Below, in pieces: positions 25,308 to 38,726 of a DNA stretch of 64,000 nucleotides; the stretch's first letter is position 1; every line of letters starts with the position of its first letter. The notes under the pieces are model-generated. The model searched no databases. It was not told where the DNA came from and was given only the letters and a program-made list of their open reading frames with translations. Both the position numbers and the translations under genes were made by a program. Origin of the DNA: Paraspadella gotoi (taxonomy: Eukaryota; Animalia; Chaetognatha); the NCBI GenBank assembly GCA_051294375.1, contig CM119263.1:18252628-18316627 (forward strand). The letters run 5' to 3'.

Positions 25308-27199
25308 TTTTCTGTTTATTACCAGAAAGGGACACTAAGTCGTGGCGCATTGTACAATTGTACATAGAAAGTGTTTCATCGTGTTGTTTCTGTATCTCCA
25401 GAGACATATTTTTTTACTTTGTTGTTTGTTTGGAGGAAGATTATTTGTAAATTGTAATTTGAAATTGATCTTTACATTTTCAAGATTATCATCACGTCTC
25501 AATCAAATCAATATTTGTGACCTGAATGGGTACAATCTTCCAACGCTTTGAAAATAATGTTCTGTTTTGTTAAGTATTTGTATAATTAATGTACATTATA
25601 TATACATCTCTTCTTCTTAAGAATATTTAATCATTATTTACAATATGTACCTACGTAGAAACAAAATTTCTTGCGACCTAAACGTAAATTCTTTACCAAA
25701 TGTTTTAAAAGCAATTATTCAGATGCCAACGTTCATTTGTTCAGTATTTAGAGTCGCAGCGTGGCGCCTCTATTCTCACTCCCAACATCTGCGCAAATTT
25801 CACGTCCGTCTTCTTCCTTCGCCGTTGCCGTTGGCGTTCGAAACCGACGTCAAGGACGAAGACGAATGGCGACGTCACCGACGCCACTTCTTCGATACCC
25901 CCCCCCCTCCGTCGCCAGACCCCTGACGGTCAAAGCGATGAAGCGCAAACGAAATTTCGAAGCAAAATAAACAACAAAAGGGCATCGAAACAAAGAGAAG
26001 AAGAGCGAAAGCGAAAAGAAAGTCACATGGGGAGAGGGAGATGGCAGCGGAAAAGGAAAAGAATCCAAGGAAAAAGAAATTGGAAGAAGAAGTTTGTTCG
26101 ATTTGGATCGGGAAAGAGATCACGACCCACTTTGCTCTCAGCAAGAGGGAAGGGTTCAGGGTAGACGGCGTCCTGTTTCAGCCAGAAAGCGTTCAAGCGA
26201 ACTAAAATTAGTTCTTTTTTAATCTTTTAATTTTTGTGAAAGTCATCGCGAACAGTTTCAACATGTTGAACCAAATTTAGACAGCGCCTTGAGATTCCGT
26301 GCCCTTCCACAAAACTCGGAAAAACCTCACTCCAAGATGGGGTTTAGGAGGGACGTGAGATTCAGTCACTCTGAGGAACCCTGTGGCAGATTTGGGTTTA
26401 AGGGAGGGGAGGGAAAGAGATGAGGATAGGGGGGGGGCGAATTCGTGGCGCTGTTCCCTTTACCATTCGTTGCGTAAACATTCGAAGATTCCAGAAAGGA
26501 ATTACGGAACTAATAGATTGGATAAATAAGAAAGAATAAATACGATGGAAATGTTAAGCGAGGAGACAGAAACGTCGGGGACGTTGCGGTCGTCGTCCTC
26601 GTCGCTCTTGGTTGAAGAATCAGAAGCATCCGTTGCAGATGGTCGACACTCTATTTCAGCGGCTTTGCTTTTTATTCGTATAAAAATTATTCATTCATAC
26701 GATAAATTAGAGAGATAACTTAACCAAACTATCGATGGTAAATGATAATCATTGTTGTATTTGTTGCTCACTCTATTACATAACTTCAGAGTTTAAGCGT
26801 TTGTACAATTTCGCTTATTTATATCCACGAAAAATGAATTCTTTCCTGTTTTTTCATGACATAAACATTTGTAAGTGAATGTGTTTCGAGATGAGCTCGT
26901 CTCTTCTTCAGACAAAATATTTTGTCTCTCTCTCTCTCTCTCTCGAAATGTGACATCTCTAATGACATCTCCAATGACAAATGTTTTCATAATGCAATTA
27001 GATCTCGACATAAAAAACACAAAACCAAATTTTTTTTAGTAAATCTCAACGCTCTTTAACGATTTATCAAACTAATTACTCGTTCGAATGAGTCCGCATG
27101 TAACGCTTGTCAATATGACCATTTGTTCTGCTGTTAAGTTCCTTAAATCGGTTTTTATATTATCGAAAGTGAAAATTATACATCGAAAGAAAAGGATAC

Positions 27200-27308
<109 letters not shown>

Positions 27309-27880
27309 AGCGCCATTCCAAGGCGTATCTCGATTTCTCTACGAGGATGATCTCATTTTTGATCGATGACCCGTGAGAGATTGAACGAGTGGGGGGGAGG
27401 AGGCGGTGACAAAACGAGACGTGACTTTATCCCAGGATGATGGGGAGAAAGAGAATTCTTTGTGCGTGATAAAGTGTGGTTGAAAGGGTGGTGAATAGGG
27501 TTGTGGAAAAAGCAGATTAATTCAAGAATCGTGACAAAAGCTGCAGAAAAGCCGACTTGATAATGGCATTGAAAAGAAAATACCTACAATATAGTGTAAT
27601 TTACTTTAGGCTAAACTACTTTAATGTTCTATTCTCTAAAATATATAAACTTTAATTTATTCAAAAAATAAATTGGAAGATATTAAGTATATTTATTAAT
27701 TAAAAACAAAAAAATATTACATCCATCAAAACGATGTCAACATGTATAAATTACGGAATTATAAAAAAAAATATTCAGCCAGAATACTTAATGACATGCT
27801 ACAATATTTTTAAAATATTTTACATTTCATAAATTTTTATGAACAATTAAAAAAAATTACACGATTAAATTTGATAACCT

Positions 27881-30174
27881 TTAGGTTTTCAACTTCAGGA
27901 ATTGAAGGGGGTTTCGAGAATCCTTCTTTGCGCTCTTCGTTGCCTCCAACTCTTCCACTGTCTGCTGCATCTTCTCTCCCAAGGTTTCATCAGTTAACCA
28001 GGCCACGCCTACGCCGACGACGTTGGCCACGCCTAACGGGTGTCATATGTCAAACAGCCTTCAAAACACAAAACTACTAACGACTTTGTGATAGAGTTCC
28101 GATAANNNNNNNNNNCGCTCACCTACGGCGGCCGGAAACGCCCCCGGGACGGCGCGAACGAGCAGGGAACTGAAGGGCGCGATCGCCTGCGCCAATCGCC
28201 CCGCAACGATGCAGAGACCGTAGCAACGAGAACGACACGTCGTCGGAAAAAACGCCACGCCCATCAAGTCGACGACGATCATGGCGCCGCCGGCAAAGAA
28301 TCGGCCTGTCAATAGTGAGATTATATTTTGAGTCTGGAACTCGTTTCTTCTCGCACTCGTTAGAAAAAACCGAATTATGATGAGGTGTTAAAAAAATTCG
28401 TGCAACTTACCCACAACTGTCAGAGAAAATATGGCGTCGTCCTCTTTGGTCCAACCGCGAAACTGCATCGCGAAACTGATGAGGAAACAAGCGGCGCTTC
28501 CGCTGCAGAACATCATCAGCGTTCGACGATGGGAAAGGAATTTGTGGGAGACGGCGACGAGGACGAGCGAAGGGATGTGCATCAAACCCAAAACGCAAAA
28601 ATTAAGGAATCTGTTTCCTGAAATAAGAGAGTGAGATGTTCATATTTTAGAACGTATATTGTATATTGAAGATGAGAAGTGTCGTAAAAAAAAAAAATAA
28701 TTCCAAAAAAGAGCAGAGTTCCGATTTCTCTATCGAAAATAAAATTATGGTTTCTTCACCCGGCAGTAAATCCGCCGAGGCGAAGTTGATGGCCCAGAAG
28801 GTGGCGTCCCCAAGAAAGACAAGATAGCATCCGATGAAGATCCTCTTCCAAATCTCCGAACTTCGCCAAGGGCTTTTGGGTTTGTGCGGCGAGAACGCGG
28901 AGGCAATGGCTTTGTTTTCGTTGTCAGCAGCAATGACAGATTCATCTGTATTGTCTGTCGAATTGTGAGACGGATTTTTCCTATTTGATAAAAGTGGAAA
29001 GATTTAATGAGTGATTATGATAACGATAAATTCCCATCCACGGCACCTCGCTAATTCTATCGGGGCGATACGGAATTCCTCCAAAGTTTTGACCTTCAAT
29101 GCTTTCGTCATCATGTCTTCTAAGAGCCTCTGGCAATTGACGTTTTCTTGCGCCGATAACCAACGCGGCGACTCCGGCACGAAAAACCCCAGAGTCAGCA
29201 TCGCCAACGACACCGCCGACACGAGCAGATGCAGTTCGCGCCAGCCTTGAATCACGTAGGCGCCGAAAGAAAGAAGAGCGAAGGCAAGAGGAACTCGGAA
29301 CTGCATCAGGGAAAACATGTAGACGCGACAGGTGCCGCTGAAGCATTCGTTGAGGATGATGATGGAGAGGACCGAGGTCGCCATCTGGAAAGAAAGTGTA
29401 AAAGGGTAAAACTAATTCGACGCTCATATTTTGTTGTTTTTAGTCTGATAATGCAATATTTACATGAATACATAACTCTCGTTGCTTTTTACTCACGTAA
29501 AATACTCCGCAAAAAACTCTAAACGCCAGGTACACAATTGCGTTTTGAATGAAGTAGGCCAAGGCGTAAAAAACGACGACTAGCCCCATGCCGATGTAAA
29601 GGATGGGCTTGCGCCCAAATCTGTCCGCCAAAACCATGACGAAAAAGGAGCTGAAGGCTCCGACGTAGAACAGTGAGGTGGCAAGATTGGAAACCACTGG
29701 TTGAGTGCAGATGAGGTTGAAATCCAGCATCAAAGATGTGAAGGGTGGGTATTTGGATTGAATCTCCGTCATGTTAAGAGCTGGAAAGGAACAAATTCTA
29801 TTCTTTATGACATTACGATTAAAAGAGAGAGAGCTCGCTGAAAAGAACATATTGATTAACTCGAGGGCTTATGTACTGATTATCTTTGACAGCGTCACAC
29901 TCTCAATAACCAAAACCAAGGATTTACTTTGATTATTTCCTTTGCAAACGTCATCTTCGTGATCCGGCGGGACGTAGACGCTGAAGACCGTGACGGTGGC
30001 GTTGACGATGGCGACCGCGTAGTTGAAAGTGAAGATGGCCGCAGGGACGACGTTGAATCTTGAGTAACCCAGGCGATGGATCATAGCGTCCACGTCGTAG
30101 CGATTCGCTAGAGACGCCGTCGACTTCATCAGCGCTGTCGGTGGGCGTGGCGAAGTTGAATCGTGATTTTTCAT
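27881..30174 (-). CDS. SLC22-like / MFS organic ion transporter, 543 aa. Exons (5'->3') 30174-29928, 29780-29497, 29384-29047, 28980-28760, 28617-28411, 28305-28123, 28032-27881
   Basis: All six introns are GT-AG and phase-compatible (1632 nt = 544 codons). Motifs: DFNLIC, LADRFGRKP, GWR.L, VPESPRWL, FPTTCR, DETLG..MQQTVEE (PETKG equivalent). About 12 hydrophobic segments. Confidence 0.88.
28106..28115. other. Assembly gap (10 N) within the last transporter intron
   Basis: Run of N. Confidence 1.
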
Positions 30175-32733
30175 GGCGCGAGATTTCGATACAATTCTGT
30201 GTTAGAAGTGAGAAAAATGTCATATTACGCGCTACTGGTACAATTTTGCAAAAAATATTTTTTGGGTTTAACTGACTTTTTTTAAAATTTTAAAGCAGGA
30301 GTAGTTATTAAGTCGTCAAACCAGTTCGGGTTGGGTTGAAACTGAATATACCATTCATAAGCTGTCAGTGTCACAAAACTATTTATAATATTTTTGTAAT
30401 CACTCGAGTCAATGCTCTAAAATATTTTGCACCAAAATTTTACTTAGTCGTTAGAAGAAGATATTTAGACAAATTTAAAAAAAAATGATTTCATCATTCG
30501 ACCTTTTTCGTGACGCGTCCTTCGAAATAGGACTAATTTATGATTTGAAGTTTAATAAAGTCCACAAAATTGAAGGAAAAAATCTACAAAATTTATAACG
30601 CGATATAGTTATTATGGAATGGCGTTAGTTGATTAAAATATTAAAATCACTAAAACGCTTTTAGTAGTTCGTATGTTTCAGTCTTCGCAAAATGTTTTTT
30701 TTCCGAGGGAAAACTTTTTTTTACCCGAACTAGGTAAAGACGCGCTAATTAAATTTTATTGTTGTCCGTAAAATTTTGACCTATCTTTAGGCGTAATGGT
30801 TAAGAAAACAGTTAAGAGAGAGAGAGAGAGAGAGAGAGAGTAATAAATGAAGAATAATAATAAGAATAATATTTCTTGTACTAGTGGTGTATCGTATATC
30901 CGTTAACTCATAAATAAATCGTGACATATCTCTTTGGAATAGTCTTTTTGAATAGTCTTAATTTTTTTGACTTTTAAAATGAAAACCGAGAGGAATACAT
31001 ATTTTCATTAGAGCGACCCCCTCCGGCTGTCGATAGAAAAAAAAATATAGTAACAAATATTTTAATAATCGGGCTGGCATCGAGAGCATCAAGATAGTTA
31101 AATTAAGAAACTCATGAAGTGATATAAATTTTTAAAAAGAAACATAAAATATTGTCTATAAACTAGAAATAGTTTTATTATGAGATTCCTCTGCGTAATC
31201 AAATTATACATTCGCAAAATATTTTGAACTATTGCAAGAGTGGCATTCAAAAATATATGATTAGATACAGAGAAATAAAATTTGAGAGATAAAGCGAAAT
31301 GAGAGGAAAAAACAAAGTGGTCAAAAATTGACCAGAGAAACCCAGGAAGGGTTGCACCCCAGTCCCATTGGGTCAACTTTTTGGACCACTTTTTGACGTC
31401 TTTTCCTTTTCACTCTCCTCTCATTTTCTCTTTCAAATTTTCTTTCTTTGTATCAAATCATTTTTTTGCTGCCGCTTATGATACTGATAAGCTTAAAAAC
31501 AATTTGAAATATTTGTCAAATAAAGAATTTGATTTTAGCTTTTGCGCAGAAATCTCATAATTAAACCAAGTATAATATGAATTCTACTCCCTGACGTTGA
31601 AGGATCTAAAAATGCTGTCTGTTATCCAGCGCGTGTTATCGTCATTCATCACGGCGGCGGATGACGATGAAGTCACAACCAAACTAAAGAGGAGATAAAG
31701 GTAGACACGGTATTTCTTAAATTTACTTTCTTTTTTTGTCTTTTTTTTTTGCCTTTTTCTAAATTCAATTTCAAAGTATAAAATTTAACCAATTAAAGGC
31801 TTTAATCGGAATTATTGGAGTCATTCAATTAAACTTCATATGCAGATATTTGAGCCATCAAAAAATAAAAGGTCGTGGCTCAATTAAGATAAAAATCATT
31901 TCATATTCTTTAACAGATGACGACGACGACGATTAACTTGTGAAGTCGATTAACAAATGATCGCGAAGGATGAGGCGATGGCGAAATCGATGGTGAAGGA
32001 AGACGGAGAGGCCGAAGAAGCGAACCTAATTTGCATATCTAGAGGCTTTTCGCGACTTTCGGAGAAGTGGACGAAAAAGTTGGGAGTTAAAAGCGAAAGT
32101 TGAGCGGGAAAACCTAACGATATAATTCAAAACGATTTTCCATTGTTCATAGTAAATGAATGCGTTAAGAATTAATGGCGAATTTAAAAATAGTCGCGAA
32201 ACGTTTGTCATTCTCCCTTTACTTGTTATTTCTCCTGCGCACAATATTTGCAACTATTGGAAGAGACAGAAAAATTTAAGTCAGGGTCGAAAGGATCGAA
32301 AAAGCAGACAGTCAATTCAATAAATTAAAGTCCAATGGAAGCGATGTTAAAGTTTTATCCTGTGGTTTAATGTAGAAATAAGTAAGAACAAGAAAGTTTA
32401 AATTCGCTATTGGTTCTGCGAAATATCTTTTCACGTATCGTAAAAATAAATTAAACAGACTTGAAACAAGACAACCTTTTTCTCAGGTTTATTCATTTTC
32501 TCTTTAACTGAAAACGGAACCTTTCTTGAACGTTAAAATCTACTAAATTAGGGCTACGCTTAAGGAAAAGCGGCTTCCCCGGTCAGCTTGTAATATCTTC
32601 TCTTTCCTTATTTCCTCGCTTCCTTCCTCCGTTCCTCTCTTCCTCCCTATATTCTCCTCGCTCCTTCAACGTTTTCGCCGCGGGCAGGAAAAGATGGTCG
32701 ATCTCATCATCATTTACGCTTCGCCTGCCTTTC

Positions 32734-32950
32734 GGAAGAAAAGGGAGGAAAGGGGAAAACTGGAGGGGAGGAACGGGAGGGGGAGTAAAGAGAGGGGAGG
32801 GAGGAAGAAAAGGGAGGAAAGGGGAAAACTGGAGGGGAGGAACGGGAAGAGGGAGTAAAGAGAGGGGATGGAGGAAGAAAAGGGAGGAAAGGGGAAACTG
32901 GAGGGGAGGAACGGGAAGGGGGAGTAAAGAGAGGGGCGGGAGGAAGAAAA
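32734..32950. repeat. Purine-rich ~70-bp tandem repeat, three copies
   Basis: ggaagaaaagggaggaaagggg(a)aaactggaggggaggaacggga..gggagtaaagagagggg starts at ~32734, ~32803 and ~32873. Confidence 0.85.
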
Positions 32951-34356
32951 CTGAGATGATGACTGTAGAGAGGAAAAGAAATAACGGTGGAAAATAGTGG
33001 AGGAAGAAAAAGAGAAAGAGCCAGCAAAAAAAAGAGCGCGACTGAAGGGGAGGAAAGGAAAAGATGAAGAAATGAAAAAAAGAAAAGGAGAATGGGGGAT
33101 AGGAAAGGAGAAAGAACTGGAAAAAGAAATGAGGAAGGAAAGAGAAACAAGGAGCAATGGAGGAAAAGGGGGAAGGAAATAAAAGGAGCCAGAAAGAAAA
33201 ATAGAAAAGAAAGAGGAAGGAGAGTTAAGTTTAGGATGAAGAAAGGGGAAAAGAAAAAAGGGAGGAAGAAGGGGAGCAAAGAGAAGATGGAAAAAAAGTC
33301 GAAAAAATGGAAGGAAGGAGGGAGGAAAGGAAATGAGAGAGGATGAAGGGCAGGAAAGGGAAGGGGGAAGAAATGAAAAAAGAAAAAAGGGAAAAAGGGG
33401 AGGAAAGAAAAAAAAAAGAAAAGAGAAAGGAGGAAAGAAAAGGGAAGTTTGAAGAAAGAGAAAAAGAAAAGAGGGAGGAATAAGAATAGGAAAGGAAAGA
33501 ATAAATGAAAAAAGAAAAAAGAGGGAGGAAGGAGGGAAGGAAAGAATGATCGCTCCCGCTCGAAGAGGTCGAGCCCGCGGGGTCTCGCATTTCGGGCTCA
33601 TTTCGTCAAAAATGTATGAAAGGTCGAAGCGGAGTTTTCGCTGCGTCGGCAGAGGATAACCGCCCATCTCATTATCACGTGATCGCCGAGAAACAAATTC
33701 CCCTTCATCGGTGCACAACGAATGAAGGATCTTCGTAAAGTCGTTTTCTTTTTAAAGAAAGTGTTGGCGTGGGAATCAGAGGTAAAAGCCCCTAATAGAT
33801 TATAAATAGATAAACTCTCGTTGTTATAATTCTAACGAGATCTGTCTACTTTTTTCGTAGTTTTATTTCATTATTATTGATAATCATAAAGTTGATCAGC
33901 TCTTTACGCGTAAAACCACAACATCCCCGTCTCTCGAATGACGATAATGAGGCCGTCAGTCAAGGATGACGCCTGGGGCCATTTCCTTCGGGCGCGAAGG
34001 ATGGTTATGGATATCAACGGGTTTGAGACTCGTTTCTGGCGGAATCCTTGATGCGGCAAGACTTTGTTGCTCAAACATAACCCTACTCCTTCTTTAGTAT
34101 TTAACCTTCATTTCGTCGATCTCATTCGATATTGTATACAAGATGAGGAGCGCATTTATATTCCGGGAAAATTCTATAAGACCGAAAATTGCGAATCGCG
34201 CGGGAAAATTTGTGGACCGTGAGATCATGATTCTGGGTCCAAATGGGGTTTTTACAATGCGCATAATGACGAAGGGATGGGGAGGAGATGGGCGGTGGAG
34301 CTGGAGAGAGACAATGGAACTTGGAATTTGAGGAGCCTCGGAGTCTGTAGCGTGTG

Positions 34357-34454
<98 letters not shown>

Positions 34455-34460
34455 AGAGAA
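34357..34460. repeat. (GA)n microsatellite
   Basis: Interrupted GA run. Confidence 0.95.
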
Positions 34461-36262
34461 AGGGGAGAGTCCGCGGTCCGCTTCTGGCTTTTCCGCCCTG
34501 GGTGATTTTTTGATGATTCCTTCGCCGAAGGAGAAAAATGATTAGAAGTGTGCGCGAAGAATAAGGATGAAGAAGCGAGAAGGAGAAGCGGGAAGGAGAG
34601 GAAGAAAGAGAACAAGAAGAAAAAGTTGTAAGAAGAATAAAATAAAAAAGAAACAGAAAAAAGAAAGAAATTAAAGACTTGGCCAAAGGTAGAAAAAGGA
34701 GAAAAAGATTGGAAAATGAGCCGGAAAAATATTGAGGAATGAATAAAGGAAAAAAGAAAGGGGGGGGGGAACGACGCAAAGAGCAAAGAATGATCAATTA
34801 AAAATGAAACCTGAAACTAAAACTCATTACTATCGACTAAACGGATTTATTCCACAAATCCGCCGTCATCCTTCATTATTCCCATCGATATCGACCTCAC
34901 CCGTTCTTTCTTTGTTTCAGTTTGTTCTCCTTTTTTCCCCCCTCATGTATCCCACTGGCTTCGTCTCTTTCACACTTACCCCGACTCTCTCCATCTCTTT
35001 CCCTTATCTCACGATCTTTCTCATCTTTCTCATCCGCTCCCCTATCTCTCTTTTTCTTCCATTTCCACTCGGAAGGTCGCGTTTTTATGTCTTTCTCAAG
35101 ACGCTCGCCCACGGCGCCACATTACGCCTCATTAATCAATCTTTTCACCTCCTTAAATAAATAGAAAAGTCCGAGTCTGGTGAAGCGAGTCGGGTCCGAC
35201 GTAGACTTACCCTCTTCTGACTATCCGGGTCCTTTTCCGGAGATTTGCCAACGGACACGGTGTCTGGAGTGGAGGCAGCAAGTAAATAAATAAATAAATA
35301 AATAAGAAAATATAATGTGAATTGATAAATAGAAAATTGTCGAACTTCGGAAAAACGGTGGGTCTTTTACGTGTACAAAAAGAGAAAGAGAACAAGAAAG
35401 AATTAGGGAAAGAAATCGAATTAGGTCAAACTAAATGAATGGGAATTCTGTAATAAAATTCCTGCAAGTAAGAGGCATGATGGAATATATTGAGGAGTAA
35501 AGAATAAAAAATAACGATATGAATAAAAAAAAAGAGCATCTTCCAAAACACACTCCACAGTTTAATTCTATAGTAAAGAGTCAAGTTTCAAAACTATGTT
35601 TCGGTTATGAATTTTCTGAATGATGGGCGCCAATTGTGTTTTGCCGAGTTTCCGCAATACGACAGCGGGAGGCAATGGAATGCATTTTCAAAAAAAGGTG
35701 TGCATCGCGCGACTTTGCATTAGCGAACGTGCGAGCCCGATAATTAAGTTAGGGCGGAAACACCTCAACTAATTCGATTCAAGGGGATTTTTTTTTACGG
35801 GGAGAAGGAGAGAGAACACGCAATTGGAAGTGGGCAAATTACGGATTGCTCTTTTTTTTGTTGTCGAAATCGCATCCCCGCGGGATTAACTACTAATTTT
35901 TTAATAAAAAGCGCAAAGAGAAATCTAAAATTGAATTATTGTATTTTTATTTTTCGTTGAACATCGAAACGGAGCCATTTGATACAATCTGAATAAAAAA
36001 ATAGATAAAAACGAGAAATTTGAATTTCACGGAGTAAAAAAGCGACGGAGATCAAATAAAAAAATTAAAAGCGCGAAAAGTCTCTTACTCGATCGTTGAT
36101 GTCTCAAGAACCAGATTTTTTTTTCACCATTTCGAGTTCACCAAAACGAAATTGACCGAGGATCCACTATTGTTCGGTTTTTTTCTTCGCGACTTCCTTT
36201 TTTGTATCCTCTTGCCTCCATTTCAACCCTCTTGCCCTCTTTCTGCCCTCTTGCCCGCCTCT

Positions 36263-37220
36263 TCACTGATTGCCCGCCTGCTCGTCCTTCCGACGCGCGA
36301 CGACGTATTCCAAATAATTCAAATAACCGTCGTTGTCTTTGTCGTCGTCCTCCAAGACTCGATCGATGATGGCTGGAAATGTGAAAATTTGATGGGACGA
36401 TTGATTGTCTCTCTATCTCGTCAAGAATTTAAATACTTTTCCAATCATCATTAATATCATCCTAATCATAATCATTATAATTGTCGTCGTCAATATCATT
36501 ATCATTAACATCATCATTATCATCATCTTAATATTCGTAATCATCGTCATTATTATCATTTTCATCGAACTTTTCGTAAATACCAATATGAAAACTACAT
36601 AGCGATTATATTTCATTGTACTTAGAGATAATACATCCATTACTTACAAGTATAATACTTCATCGCCTCTTCCCTCTTTCTATCCATGGCCTTCTTCAAC
36701 TCTTCCGCCGAGGCGTGCTGCGGTCCGCCGCCTCCTGCTTCGTCGGCGTTCGCGGCGTACAGCTCCTCTTGCGGCAGCATGTGGGTGAGAGCGGCGAGGA
36801 TCTCGAGGCCGTCAAGTCGGGTGTCGTTGTTGAGGTCATGCATCTTGAAGTAGTAGAACTCTGAGAAAGATTTATTTATTGATTGATTGATTTGATTTGA
36901 TCGATCGATTAAAATCCAAATTGACTCACCGGCTTCCGCGTCTGACAAACCCTCTGTGCTGTTGTATCCGATCTCTTCCCTCAAATGCTCCTCTATGTGC
37001 TCCTTATCGTGAACGACTCTGCCGTCGCGAAATTTATTGTCCGGGCCTGAGCAGGTATTCCACAATTTTTAAGATGTATTTAATTCTTGAATTTTAAATT
37101 ATTTTAATCTATATCCAAACCGTCTCTCGGTATGTGGGCGTGTCTCGAATGGTCTCCGTGTTGCTCCGTCTTTGCGATCAACGTCAAAATCAGAATCGAA
37201 AGGATTGAGAGATATTCCAT
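36263..37220 (-). CDS. MCFD2: Multiple coagulation factor deficiency protein 2 homolog (EF-hand ER cargo co-receptor), 179 aa. Exons 37220-37121, 37046-36930, 36860-36648, 36372-36263
   Basis: Signal peptide MEYLSILSILILTLIA; motifs VHDKEHIEEHL, EFYYFKMHDLNNDTRLDGLEILAALTH (EF-hand 1) and IIDRVLEDDDKDNDGYLNYLEY (EF-hand 2). Three phase-1 GT-AG introns; 540 nt. Confidence 0.93.
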
Positions 37221-38692
37221 CGCCAAACGGAGTTTGTTTTTTTTTGTTTTTTTTTTCTTTCTCTGTTTCGTCTTTTGTTTTAGTTTTGAATGAGCGCGAA
37301 ATTTGCCCGTCTAACGTCTGAAGCGCAGTTCGTTACAAATTTATTCTATTTTAGACTTTAATTCTTTTTATTTCGAGCACTGGCACGTTGGCTTCTTTTC
37401 GCTTCTGTGCAATGTTTTTTTGGTCTTCTCTTCCAAAGGAAGCGGCGCCGAGCGGATTCCGTATGCTATCGACTTTTTTTTGCCGTCACCATATGGCAAA
37501 AGCGAAAAGGTTTCGGGCGACGGAAGGCAAAGTCGTCAACCTTTTATCTTTTTTTTTCTATTTGACTCTTTTATCCTCTTTCATAAACGGGTAGAGTAAA
37601 CTGGATTAACGTGAGAAGGAAGCGCTTTTTCCCCAGTTTATATTTCAAACCTCTTTGCGGTCGAATCGACCGACTTTAATTTTTTGCCCTTTATTTGGTA
37701 ACAAGTTTGCCTCGAACAATTCGTTGTTTGTCTCCTAATCTTAACGAATGACACTTTTGTTTGGTTGACGTGAGAAAGGTGCATCTGGCAAAGGGAAGAG
37801 AGAGAGAGGACTTCTGGAGGCATTTTTTTTATAATCCCGGGTAGCAGCTTTTTACAGGATTTCTTTTATACTCTGCAATAAAAGATGAGATTAAATATTT
37901 TTTCTTGTTCCTTCACTATTCATTATTCATTTAATTTTCGTAACGAGACGATAACGAAACACGAGTGACAATTTATTAACGAATATTGTCTGTTTAACGC
38001 TTCCTTATTCGTGAATTATGTTAAATAGTCGTCGTCTCTTTCATAAACAACTAACAATTAGTTACAATAATATCAGAGTTAATCTCTCTCTCTCTTTGGG
38101 GAAAAAAAGGTAACAGAAACCTCTACAAAACTTAAGAGCGATTTGGCCGGTAAACTTTGGCACTCCTAATAACGATAAACTTTTGATACGAGACGAATGA
38201 CGCCTCCAATTCTATCAGACCTCCGTCCCAGTTGACCCGTCACAAAGAAACGCGCGACGTCGGAAAACCCGAAATCCGGCGACGGAACGCGCCCGTCAAA
38301 TGAGTCTTCAACGGTCGAGTTCCAATCGAAAAAAAAGAAAAAAAAATTGAATGAATCACGAGGAAAAACCTCGGTGAGACTCGAGACAAAGAATTATCAT
38401 CGCTCGCCGAATTCGCGCTAATCGAGTTTTAATGAAGAGGGAGTTTTTCAATAGACGAAGACGACGACGACGACGATGGCAACGACGACGACGACGATCC
38501 TGACGTCACGACAAGACGAAGACCTTGGAACGACTTTAACGTTGACAGCGTATTTTCTTTTCTTTTTTTCTTTTTTTTTTGGAGTGTTGGCTAGAGCTTC
38601 GCGAGTTCGAGGCCGGATCTTGTTTTGAGTTGGGCATTGACACCGGATTTTATGAGGGATGAGATGTTAAGTTCGTTAGGACGAAATTAGGG

Positions 38693-38693
38693 A

Positions 38694-38726
<33 letters not shown>
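38693..38726. repeat. (GAC)n microsatellite
   Basis: gacgacgac... run. Confidence 0.9.

Noticed and set aside
31612-32030. Short ORF with donor/acceptor-like sites
   Set aside because: Only 28 codons with a stop before the donor; no supporting motif.
32710-33718. 189-aa and 334-aa F/S/L/P-rich minus-strand ORFs
   Set aside because: They are the reverse complement of a homopurine tract; compositional artefact.
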